Both the position numbers and the translations under genes were made by a program. A stretch of 63,478 bases of DNA, filler included, from Phoronis australis (lineage: Eukaryota; Animalia; Phoronida), in assembly GCA_002633005.1 (NCBI GenBank). It is 4 parts of 4 records of this genome, joined end to end, with 100 filler letters (N's around TTAATTAATTAA, not from the genome) between each part and the next. Parts side by side here need not be neighbours in the genome. Positions count along the whole stretch, not along the records: positions 16,826 to 26,936 come from NMRA01001769.1; positions 27,037 to 41,224 come from NMRA01000403.1; 2 more parts are not named here. The stretch is one strand, 5' to 3'. Below are positions 22,440 through 33,189 of the stretch, piece by piece (positions within the stretch are counted from its first letter, which is position 1; the number at the start of each line of letters is the position of its first letter). The notes under the pieces are model-generated. The model was not told the DNA's origin. It was given only the letters and a program-made list of their open reading frames with translations, and did no database searches.

Positions 22440-23864
22440 AACGAGGAAAGTTCGCTTGTCCCCTCTGTGGTTTAGTCGCCACGGGTAAAGTTTTACGGGA
22501 CAAATCACCTACCGTCAGTGTTCAATGTTGACTCCGTTCAGCGCTCTTCATCCTCCACTCTTCAGTGTGCACGGTTTCAGGCACTGAAGTCACTTTTCAT
22601 GCAAATTGAGGGAAGGTAACTTCAGCTTTATGAAGATCTTCTAGACTTTGCAGGCCTGCCAATGAGAAGCATGCTCCACGTTCCTCCTGTAACCATTGAA
22701 GACGAACTTCAAGTAATGATCTCCTGTAAAGTTCTGGGGTGGCCTACGCCTTCAGGCCCTTTAGTTCTCTGTGGGAGGTTGATCAACCTGGGTCTCTGCA
22801 TGCACTGGTTTGTAGTGTTGCAGTTGATGGCGAGAGTCCCCGAGCCGAATCGCTCTGTGTGGGCATTGTCTTTTGTCGATGGACCATGTGACATTCCAAC
22901 TGCACCTATGCCATCCAGCTTTCAGAGGCTTGTAGTTCCGTCAACATCGTCGGAACCTCTCCAGTTGGTACCTTCTCAACCAGTGTCATCGTCAGCATCT
23001 TCAACCTCCACCTTGGAAGGGGGAGGCGCCTCGCATTTTCATATGGATCGTCTAATATCAGCTTATCGTTCAAAGGTAACGTCTGCGGAAGTCGTCTGCT
23101 GTCCGTTGCCGATCTTCTAGCAACCAAGCTCCACAGTCAAGCTGTTGGGCGGTGTTCTTGTATTTTGTGACCCAACGGAGTACTCCCGTCATCCACACAA
23201 GGAGTACCTAAAAGCTCTTCGCCGGGGATTCAAAGCAGTCATTGGTGTGCATCCGAAACAGGAATCCAACTTTTCGGGTAATGTTAGGATTACCTTGTTC
23301 CGTCTCTTGCGGGAATCTGAAGTTGCCGGTCTGGGAGAGATCGGGTTTGAACAAGCCTTGGGAAAGGAAAAGCATCAGCGCCGGTTTGTGGAAGGCCTGA
23401 TTTCGGAGTTCGCCAGCCTTGGACGCCATAAGAGTGTTCGCGACAAGGTGGTGGTTCTTCACATCATGGCAGCATCACCAGGCTCAAATTATGAGTGGGG
23501 TTTCCACACTGCTTTCGACATTCTTAGAGAGCAGCTATCTAGATTCCAAAGGATCCATCTTCACACCTTCACTGGTGATTCCGTGGCAGTGATTAAGTTC
23601 CACCGTGAGTTCCCGAGCTGCTACTTCGTGTTCTCTGGTAGTTGTATCACATTTACTCGCTGGCAAGTCCAAGCGTTACGGGAGGTGCCCGAAGACCGTC
23701 TTCTGTTGGAGACTGATTCGCCTCACCTGTCCTTGCGCGAGCGACCTTACTATCCACAGTTCATTGGAGTAGTTGCTGAAGTAGTCGCCAAATATCGTGA
23801 CGTTCCGGTGGCTAGGATCCTCCAGTAGACCACTCGGAACGCTCAGCGTCACTACAGACTTTAG
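22440..23864 (+). pseudogene. Retrotransposon ORF2: CxxC plus uncharacterised domain plus TatD-family metal-dependent nuclease (disabled)
   Basis: TatD motifs SHFHMD (about 23030), GVHP, GLGEIG, VVLH, IHLHTF, LLLETDSP and C-terminal TTRNA. ORFs 22662..23120 and 23145..23828 share one frame, interrupted by TAG at 23118-20 and 23826-28; natural stop at 23862-64. Confidence 0.8.
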
Positions 23865-24447
23865 ATCTGGGATTAGTAGCATACACTGTAGTAGTGTATT
23901 TACATTAAATTTATATTTCGTTTCAGTGAAAATTAGAAGACTGTTTCAGGGATGCTCGTTCGCGGGTAGGTCTGATCAGCTTCTGCAATATGATCATTAA
24001 AAAAAAGAAATTTTGAGGCTCCTACTATGCTACCTTGTTGTTTATTGTTGTTCGTTATTACATGTATATGTTTTGTGTTTGTTACTTTTTTCATATGGTA
24101 GTTTATTTTTCTAAATAGTATATTTTTCTAGCAAACTTTATAACAACTTTTTCTAGTCAACAGAGATATTTCATTTTTTTGTATCTTGTACCATATGTAA
24201 ATTGTGACCACTATTTTTCAAACAGCCCCAGTCACGTATTTCTGTGAAGAATTTAGTTTTTTATTGTTAATCCGGCCACTTGAAATTTAGTTCATAGTAT
24301 TTTTCTAGGGTAATTCATTATCTGTTATTTCTTGTATGTTAGACGTTGTTCAATACTTCTTGTGTTTCTTCATTTAAGGGAGTGGGGGGTAAAGGTTGAG
24401 TAGTATGATTTTTTTTCAGTAAGGTTTTTGTTATTATTTCTCTATTT

Positions 24448-24461
24448 AGGGAGGGGAGGAA
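24448..24461 (+). other. Polypurine tract
   Basis: AGGGAGGGGAGGAA immediately before the TG start of the LTR. Confidence 0.8.
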
Positions 24462-24716
24462 TGTTGTGAATGTTGGTTTGTATGGTCTCGTCTTTTGTGT
24501 TGTCTCGTGTGTTCGTGTTTGTTCGGGGATTTCCGTGAGTGGCCTGATGTAGGGAGATCTAGAATTAGCACGTGACTGGGGAATGATTGGAGCTCTGTCT
24601 TCGTCTGGTCCTGCGACATGCAGGACATCTGCGTTTGACTCGCAAGATAAAGTGTGTGTTCAAGCTTCCATATGAGCAAAGGTAAGCTGCACGCGAACCT
24701 GTATTGAATTACAACA
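24462..24716 (+). repeat. 3' LTR (255 bp) of the PHD/TatD Gypsy element
   Basis: TGTTGTGAAT...AATTACAACA inverted termini, preceded by PPT; abuts a MITE whose left end is cut. Confidence 0.75.
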
Positions 24717-24943
24717 CACCCATCCTAAAATATGGGGGTGCTAAAATTTTTGGGCATGTTGACCTTTTACTACAAAAACGGGGTATGTTCAGAGCTGTGC
24801 ACAGTGCATTCCTGAATTACAGCTTTTTAGTGAACTCCTGTCTCGTTTTCTCAATTTTTTGTTTCTATGAGGCTGACCTTTTAATGCCCACTTCGGCAAG
24901 TGGGTGGGGGTGCTCGTTCGAGCCTCCACTGGGTGCGCGCATG
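24717..24943. mobile_element. MITE copy lacking the first ~8 nt of its left TIR
   Basis: Starts CACCCATCCTAAAATATGGGGG, ends CTGGGTGCGCGCATG; homologous to the copies at 19449 and 29874. Confidence 0.6.
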
Positions 24944-26001
24944 TGCCTGGTTCTCAAAATTAAGAATCATCAATGTAACTAATGTATTGCCTATTTTGAC
25001 TGATTTGCTCAGGTTTGTCGGAGGATCTAGGTTATTGAATGCGAAAGGACATTCCGATCCCACTACTATTTCTCTATCTGGAATACCCCCCGGCATAGNC
25101 CGGCATAGGTCACAATGTACCCCCCGGCATAGGTCACAATGTACCAAATATTTCAATGCAAATAAGGAAAATCTGTGTGATTTGACTTTGGGATTGAGTT
25201 TGACATTGTGCTTTCGAATTTTTACCGGGTTGTGGAATACTAGAATGTCGCAAAAGTTTGCATATTCAGACTTAAAATTTTCACATTCAATGCGAGTTTA
25301 CTGGTTTTATTGAAATCAAATATTTCAGTGTCATGGTGAAAGTGTTAGTTAGATTGGGTACAACTTTACCTAGGAGTTGAGTTGAGTTGAATATGGACTG
25401 ACTAGAATGATCTCCCGATGTCTGTAGGGGCATATTTGATTGGTAGAGTACAGGATATAGTATTTTTATGTTTAGTGTTGTATATGAGATAATTTTATTT
25501 TTACTGTAAACTATTACGGTTACGTAAGACCTCTTGTGCAGACCATGCCAGTATCTTTAATGGTGGATTCAGAGGACAGCTAAGGGGCCATGGCCCCGGC
25601 CCCCTTAAACGTTACAAGACCAATTGGCAGTTGGGGGGCAGGGGGTGAATGTCTCAAAACCCTACTCTGCCCTAACCCCCAAAACTCAAAATCTTGGATC
25701 CGTTCGACCGCCCCTGATCTTTACATGGATAACATTCCCTGTAAATGGGTTTATCACATACTGTTATGTTTGCTAATATCTCATTGTTTTCAGGTCTCTA
25801 TTAATTTGGCGGAGTACTTGGAAGAACTAGATATCCAAACATATGCATCGAAACAATCACCCAGCGGTGGTATTGAGCTGTTTACATCATAATGGCAGGT
25901 AGAGCTTCATATGTTTCATTGTTGAGTTAAAAATAGTGCTGCTATCAGGGTTTGAATTTGAAACAATATGAAATATGTCCTTAGTTTAGCCAATGGGCTT
26001 A

Positions 26002-26419
26002 CTGTATTTGCCGTAATAACCGCCCATGCCCCTATAAGCGCCCTCCACGCGTTTTCAGACTTTGCTGAAATAAGCCCCCAGTCCACGATCTTGCACAGAC
26101 TTGCAATTAAACCTGGCGTTAATCCAGACTGCTCGGGAACTAACAAAATCTTAGAGACGCTACTTATAATACTTAATGACGATTTCAGCACAATTTTCTG
26201 TAAAATGATGGTAATTTAGCAGCAAAGTTTGATAGCAATGCACCACAGTTTTGTTGAAAGTCTTTCATTGATTACATATACGTCACAAAGCGTAAATTTA
26301 ATCAATCTTAGCTTCCGATTTCACGTATTTCGGAGACCGGGTTTCAAACTCCTTGGATTATAATAAGCGCCCCCTCCCCTGAACTGAACTTTTCTAAGCG
26401 GTGATTACGGCGAATACGG
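26002..26419. mobile_element. Tc1/mariner (pogo/Tigger-like) MITE
   Basis: TA|CTGTATTTGCCGTAATAACCGC ... GCGGTGATTACGGCGAATACGG|TA inverted ends with TA TSD. Confidence 0.75.
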
Positions 26420-26936
26420 TATAATCTTTAACAAGCTCACTGATTCTTGTAGCCATTTGGTTAAGTCAGTGTAAAGCTTCTTGGTTTTGCTATAAGTTTC
26501 AAAAAGTACATGCGGAAGAATACATGTGAGATTAAACTTTCAGTTCTAACCCTGGTTGTGCCGGCTAAATGTTCATGAAATATCAGTAAGAAGTTACATG
26601 CTGGCTGGAGACAACTAGTTAGAATACAACTAGCTCTGCTCATTATGTAGAGTTGTGCATTTTCTTATCAGATTAACGAATTAAACAATGAAAAGTTCAT
26701 AAAATAGTGGGAATTGTAGTTTATTGCAGTTGCCAACAGTTTCATCATTTGATAAAAATATTAATTAGCACTTGAACTAAAAACTTACAGAACACGATAC
26801 CTGGTTAGCCTGAAGTCCAACTTTTATTAACACATTAAGTTTTGTCATATGCACGGATTGTTCTAGATTGTGATAGTATGAAAGGTGACCATGTGCATGT
26901 TTTGTATTCAAGTTGTATCGAATAAAATTGTTTTGA

Positions 26937-27036
26937 NNNNNNNNNNNNNNNNNNNNNNNNNNNNNNNNNNNNNNNNNNNNTTAATTAATTAANNNNNNNN
27001 NNNNNNNNNNNNNNNNNNNNNNNNNNNNNNNNNNNN
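26937..27036. other. Artificial scaffold linker N44-TTAATTAATTAA-N44
   Basis: Same 100-nt construct. Confidence 0.95.
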
Positions 27037-27559
27037 AGAACGCGTAAACATCCATTCTTAGTTCTCTGGGGCTGATTCACTGAGGACGTATTTGCTCGTA
27101 AGTTCGATTTACCTGTACGCCTGAGGTATTTATTTAGCGAAGCTTACGAGTATGAAAACTGAAATAATCACCCAAATTCGGGACCCGGAGTCTGATCTTT
27201 GCACTTGAAGTCGAACTCGAAATTAACTTTGCATTTTCCGTTTTAAATTTGTTTATTATTCCGCGTTCGAGCACATTATGGTTTATGCGTATGGCTTCGC
27301 AGTCCAAGTTTCTACTTGAGGTCCCTTACATTTGTGCTACAAATTCGCGTAAAATCTCGAGATTTCTTTACTTTGAGATCACCCTCGAACGTATAGCCAT
27401 AGTATTGGGGCCATTAAGTGTAAATTAGGATTTGGAAGTCATCCACGTAATCCATTATGTTCTCGATCGCGTAATAATCGGCACTTCTTTTAATTTCGCA
27501 CAAAAGTAGAATCGAAACTACCAAAATAATTTTGAGTAAGAGGATTAGTACGCCATCCC

Positions 27560-28147
27560 AGTTTTTGTTGGAACGTTGATTTTCATTCAAGTAGTGGTGC
27601 AAGTTTAAAAGCTGCAATTAGTTTGCTTTGGGCAATTTAATATATTGGTTTCGTGTTATAATCTTTGCCTATAAAATCTGCAAAATGAAACAAAATGGAG
27701 ATCGCCGAATACGTTTTTTCGTTACAGTTCCATACGCAAACAAACTTTGGCAAAAGTTTGAAATTTAAACACCGGTACTGACAAACCACTTTGGACTAAA
27801 TTACTGTTTTATAGCCTTGTGAAAGCCGATCAGTTTCTTTGCACGATGTATGTTTCGTGTGCTTTATATTTCACTATTAACTGAATTCCCCGCTCGGCTG
27901 AAGTAAACTTTTCTTTTTCCTAAAAAGTAAGTTGTTAATTTTGTTTCTTCTTGTTGTATATCGCTTTTTTTCGAGTTTTTATCATGTATGAAAAAAACTA
28001 TGAAACGGTTTTTCTTAGCAGTCAAGAGGATTAGTTATGGGTATGCTTGCAGGCGCGCGTGTGTGTGTGTCTGTGATGTTCTTTGTCTTTTTGTGATATT
28101 GTAATGTTTTTCTCATTGTCAATAAATGTATAAAAAAATAAAAAATA
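27560..28147 (+). mobile_element. Possible decayed L1/Tx1-type LINE 3' end
   Basis: Degenerate KICK...EIAEYVFF...KLWQK resembling the ORF2 C-terminal Zn-knuckle region, then AATAAA and A-rich tail at 28121-28146. Confidence 0.35.
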
Positions 28148-28176
28148 GGTTTGACGTCTTAGTTTTAGCTGTCGCG

Positions 28177-28290
28177 TAAAAATACACATAACGTACCGAG
28201 AAGTAATATCCCACGAGACATTATTCCGCGGAATAAGGTCGAGTGGGATATTACTTCATGTACGCCAATCGAGGTACGTTTTGTATTTAT
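28177..28290. repeat. Fold-back palindrome centred on CCGCGG
   Basis: GAAGTAATATCCCAC...TTATTCCGCGGAATAA...GTGGGATATTACTTC with outer arms AATACA..AACGTACC / GGTACGTT..TGTATT. Confidence 0.7.
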
Positions 28291-29873
28291 CCCATGCGCT
28301 TCGAATCCCTAAGTTTCTTGCATTTTTGGCAGATTTTTCAAATACTTCATCCAGACGGTTCACATGGTGGATCACATCTTATATGTATGTACTTGCTCGT
28401 TAAGTTGCAAATTTTCTCTTGTTTAAAAGACAGTATTAGAAGTAACGATTTCTTTCATGAAAAGAGGTAGCAAAGATGAAAACAACGGCAACTGAGCAGT
28501 GAACTTGTAACATACTCTGGAAATAGTTACAAAACAACAATATTTGATTTTTTAATTTCCTAGGAATCGGCGCCTGGGTTGCACATGATATACTATTCAG
28601 CAATTGAAAACTGAGACTTAAGTGTCTTATACATGTAATTAACAGTTTTGTTCCAGATTTTAAGTTTAGGGCCTGGTTGCATGTCGATTGTAAGTTACAC
28701 TGTTGCAACTGTGTTACTTTAAATTATATTCGGAAAGTTTGATGATCGAACCGGGTCAGAAAACGTCGAGTCAACATTGACCTACCTTTTGAACTTTCCG
28801 TGTCAGAGGTCTCTGTTAAATTAGTGCGGGAGGTGAATGCGGAAAACTTTATTTCCTGACCGTATTTCCCTCGACAGATTCAACGGCGTGGGATAAAAAA
28901 TAAAAAGAACAGAGACGATGATTGTTTCTACTTACATTCGGCTAGACAACTTGCCTGAATATTCTACTCTAAACTGTTACAATACAGATGCCTGCCACGT
29001 CTTCTTATATGAAAACGGACTTTGAAGCATCTCAAGCGGTAGGGAAACAATCCAGNTAAACACGGCAAAATGTAGCTTCAGTTAAGAAACAGTGTGAAGT
29101 GGGGTTAAACAAAACAATTATCCAAGTTTTAGCGTTTTGCATTTTGATTTCCTGTTCGAACCTTCAGAAAAGATAATGAATTATCAGAGTTGTGATATTT
29201 ATCGATAACTTTTAACTCCAATGTCAGTGCTATTCCGAAAGACTGACCAGTGACGCTGTAAGCGGACGCCCTTTAGTCCAAAATCTCCTGACCAATAACT
29301 TGGCTTGTTTTACATACATGTATGTTTTACTCAAAGAAGTATGAAGGCGGGGCACTGGGAGAGCGACCCCTATCGTGGAATGGGGTTGGTACCCTCCCAC
29401 TAAATTAAGCGACCAGAAAAAAATATCCTAGACTTGTGTACCATTGATTTAAAAAAGCTCAAGAGATGCCGAAACTTCGTGGCCACCGGGGATACAATGG
29501 CGTCAGGGCAATATAGACGGGTAAGGACTGGGTCTGACATGGGTGAAACTAGTGTCGACCGCCTGGGGGTGAGTTCACATTTTCTTTACCCTATCACTAA
29601 AGAAAGTCTTCCTCGACCACCTACAATTATGTTATCTTTTTATTTTTGCCTGTGGATGGTTTGACGGCGCATTGGTTGTTCTCCACTCTGTTAGCTAGCG
29701 TACGAGCGCAACAGCACTGTTCTCCGTCACTAATGACGTCACTGAATGTGGTGAAAACTAAATGAGATTTTGTCAGCGCCGAAGTAAAGGGTGGGGCAAC
29801 ACGACTCGGTTTACGCATCTGGAACAATTCGGATATTTCTGTTGCCTCAGATTATCCTAAAGCTGCGAAAGTG

Positions 29874-30145
29874 CATGCGCACCCAGCCTAAAATATAGGG
29901 GGCTCGAATCCTTCGACTGTGGACGTTTTACTGAAAAAACTCATCGAGGACTAAAAAAACGGGGTCACTAGGTTCAAGCCTGCCAATCGTGCAAGGCGCA
30001 CTGAATTCCTGTGGACTTTGTGGAATTAAGTCTCATTTACTCGGACTTTTTGTTTCACTGAAGTGGACCTTTTTGCCTAATTCGCCAAATTGGTTTTGGG
30101 GGAGGGGCTCGTTTGAGCCCCCCGAGTCCGCTGGGTGCGCGCGTN
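29874..30145. mobile_element. MITE copy (CATGCGCACCCAG...CTGGGTGCGCGCGT)
   Basis: Inverted termini; homologous to the copies at 19449 and 24717. Confidence 0.6.
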
Positions 30146-30492
30146 CTTGGTGCGCCCATGAAGTACCCGAGGTGTTCCGGAACCCCCCACTGCCACATGT
30201 ACCTTAGTCAGCGCTAGCACGTGACACAGAATAGCAGTGTCGCTAGGGCATGATGTCAAATGATGATCGGTTCCAGGCTTTGACTGTATGAAAAACGAAG
30301 TTGACGTCTTAAAGTTTGGCCAGTGGTTGGAAGTTGGGAAATCCCTTTCCAGTAACTATTCTGACCCAGACGACTTCTACACGTAGTTGCAGGATAATAG
30401 ATTAAATCGCATTTACAAATGTGTGTTTCAAGATCACGCAAAATAATTAATTTTGATTGCAGAATTAGCACCCTCTGCCTTGAAGGAAAAGC

Positions 30493-33189
30493 ATGTCAGC
30501 TCGACTGGTCAGACGTGTAGACGTAAATGTCGTCGCACTGATTTGTGGCTCAATATTCTTGGCCGAACATGCCGCCAATTGCTGTCCTGTGGCAGGTACG
30601 TTTTCACTTTGAAACGAAAGACGGAATATCTACAAGAAGAGACGCTATAGATGAGCTAATACAATGTGGTGTTAAAGTTTGCATACTTTTTGTTTGTATC
30701 ATCCACTGCGTAATTAGGCCATCCAATCTTTAGCCTACATTTAATATCACGACTGTCTTTGTTGAAATCATTATATCAATCCACGCAAGCGGAAAGGGAG
30801 GTCTACAATATCCAAAGGAGGAATCGCAAAATACTAACGGCATACCCGACGGTCATCGATCATCTTGGAGAAGGCTCACTAGAGGATGTCTTCTTGAATC
30901 ACCCAATGTACATGTATATTGAGCATATCAGTTTGATATTTGCGTCATACGTGGCCGTTGGCAATTACTGCGATAAGCTCAAAATATGTTTAAAGATGGT
31001 TCTATAAAACGTTACTGTGAATTTCTTGATTTCAGGAAGAAATGGCTGTTCTTTAGTGTGCTACACAAACCACATAACAAAACCTACAGGACCCTCGAGA
31101 GGTAATTTAGTTGTTTAAACCCCATTCACTTATGGTTGCCAGCTGAGACCAAGCACAGTTTTGTTAATTTGCTTCAACCATTTATCTAGTAGACCCGTGT
31201 ACTTTCTCTCAGAGGTCAACTATAATTTCACTTCAATGTACATGTACACGCCAGGCTGTGCTGGGAACAGTTTCTCTTTTTTGTTCTGAAAACTTTTATT
31301 CTTGCCTTGTGTGGCAATATTTATGCACGTGAATATTACGCTGGTTTCAATTCCATGAATGACGGATTGAAGGTTGGCCCCGCATGAACAACTGCATAAG
31401 TTACCCGGCATGAACAACTGCATAAGTTACCNNNNNNNNNNNNNNNNNNNNNNNNNNNNNNNNNNNNNNNNNNNNNNNNNNNNNNNNNNNNNNNNNNNNN
31501 NNNNNNNNNNNNNNNNNNNNNNNNNNNNNNNNNNNNNNNNNNNNNNNNNNNNNNNNNNNNNNNNNNNNNNNNNNNNNNNNNNNNNNNNNNNNNNNNNNNN
31601 NNNNNNNNNNNNNNNNNNNNNNNNNNNNNNNNNNNNNNNNNNNNNNNNNNNNNNNNNNNNNNNNNNNNNNNNNNNNNNNNNNNNNNNNNNNNNNNNNNNN
31701 NNNNNNNNNNNNNNNNNNNNNNNNNNNNNNNNNNNNNNNNNNNNNNNNNNNNNNNNNNNNNNNNNNNNNNNNNNNNNNNNNNNNNNNNNNNNNNNNNNNN
31801 NNNNNNNNNNNNNNNNNNNNNNNNNNNNNNNNNNNNNNNNNNNNNNNNNNNNNNNNNNNNNNNNNNNNNNNNNNNNNNNNNNNNNNNNNNNNNNNNNNNN
31901 NNNNNNNNNNNNNNNNNNNNNNNNNNNNNNNNNNNNNNNATCATCATCATCATCATTATCACCATCATCATCATCTTCATCATCAACATAACAACCATCA
32001 CCATCACCACCACCACCACCATCATCATCACCACCACCACCATTATCATCATCATTTATTTCATTATTATTATTATTATTATTATTGTTATTATCGATAT
32101 TGTTATTGTTGTTTTTACTTTTTTGTTATTATTACTTTATCGTCGTTGTTGCTGTTGTTTTCGCTGCTGGTGTTGCTGTTATCATTATCTTCGTTATCAC
32201 CAATATCGTCATTTTAAATTGTCATTGTCATTGTCCATTATTCTTACTCATTGACGTCATCAGCATCATTGACATCGTCGTCACCAATCCTCACTACACT
32301 ATCCACGTAACGGGCAATGCTCGGCCGATAGCACCATTTTTATCGTCTCATCTGCAGCGATTAGTGGTTCTTGACTCCGGCAGGCAGCAGAATCATCGAA
32401 TCGACGTCGGACTTTTATGTGACTGTGCCGTAACATCATTCCTTCATTATTAATTGACATTGCTAAACAAAACGTTGTTGCCAAGATTTTGGTCGTCGTC
32501 ATTATTACCATAAACATCATCATCATCATGATGGTAGTCATCAACATCATCCTCATTTGGAGTCACCGTCATCGTGGTCATCATCACCTTCATCACCACC
32601 ACCATCATCATCACCACCACCATCATCATCACCACCACCATCATCATCACCACCACCACCGCCTTCTTCGTCATCATCTTCATCGTTCATCATCATATCA
32701 CTATATATCATCGGTCCTCCACACTGTTCGTCTCATTTACGGTTTAATTATCTGATTTTCTCTTGTATTTATTCAGCCAATGCAAAGAATGAAGAAACTG
32801 CTGGAGACCCGGTACCTACGACCATTTTGACTATCCCATCTGACTCGGTAACAGAGAGCGTTCAGACTATCCCAGCTGACCCGGTAACAGTGGGCGTGCA
32901 GACTGTCCCAACTGACCAGACAACACTAAGTTTGACGTCGCCCAGCGTAGAGCAAACTACTCAAGCTGCTTTGGGGAATTTCGGAAGAATTTACCGCAAA
33001 ATCTTCAACTCGGACGGCACCTGCGGATTTTTCACTTTCTTGCGAACTGGAGTTCTTCCTACGTCATCATTGATTCAAAAAGTCACGTCGACCCAATCGC
33101 AGTGCGCTTTTGCATGTTCAAAGATGCAAAGATGTCACAAGTTTCTCGCAAGGCAAAATACTCGTACCTGTGAGCTTCATGGGAATTAA
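30493..33189 (+). CDS. Small secreted protein (~193 aa): signal peptide, Cys-rich N-terminus, Thr/Pro-rich repeats, C-terminal PAN/apple-like domain; exons 30493-30595, 31036-31101, 32777-33189
   Basis: Three GT-AG exons all in phase 1 give MSARLVRRVDVNVVALICGSIFLAEHAANCCPVA-GRNGCSLVCYTNHITKPTGPSR-ANAKNEE..., then 12-aa repeats TIP(S/A)D.VT..VQ and TQSQCAFACSKMQRCHKF...TCELH; ATTAAA about 90 nt after the stop. An exon could be hidden in the N gap. Confidence 0.65.
31940..32700. repeat. Compound (CAT/CAC/TAT/TGT)n trinucleotide microsatellite region
   Basis: Directly visible; generates the spurious poly-His/Met/Ser ORFs. Confidence 0.9.

Larger units (their letters stand above)
21583..24716 (+). 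mobile_element. Decayed 3' half of a Ty3/Gypsy LTR retrotransposon: integrase C-terminus plus PHD finger, extra TatD-nuclease ORF, PPT, 3' LTR
   Basis: Reconstructed FKAGDLVFILDSASTKGVCKKLSSPW..GIIIEVVLTPALYRVRVKNTVSVIHHDRIKLC (Gypsy integrase GPY/F module), then PHD finger, degenerate ORF2 with TatD motifs, AT-rich 3' UTR, AGGGAGGGGAGGAA polypurine tract, and TGTTGT...ACAACA LTR, all on one strand in canonical order. Confidence 0.8.

Noticed and set aside
23145-23828. Bacterial contaminant or horizontally transferred stand-alone tatD gene
   Set aside because: It is embedded between a Gypsy integrase-PHD remnant and a PPT/LTR, has nonsense codons, and shows no operon context. It is better explained as retroelement cargo.
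19934-24716. LTR at 19934-20598 as the 5' LTR of the PHD/TatD element
   Set aside because: Different sequence, length and termini from the 3' LTR at 24462; no PBS after it.
25794-25892. Possible terminal exon VSINLAEYLEELDIQTYAS...
   Set aside because: Good acceptor but no partner exons or recognisable homology.
31336-32776. Poly-His, poly-Met, poly-Ser/Pro and X-filled ORFs
   Set aside because: Translations of CAT/CAC microsatellites and an N gap, lying in an intron.
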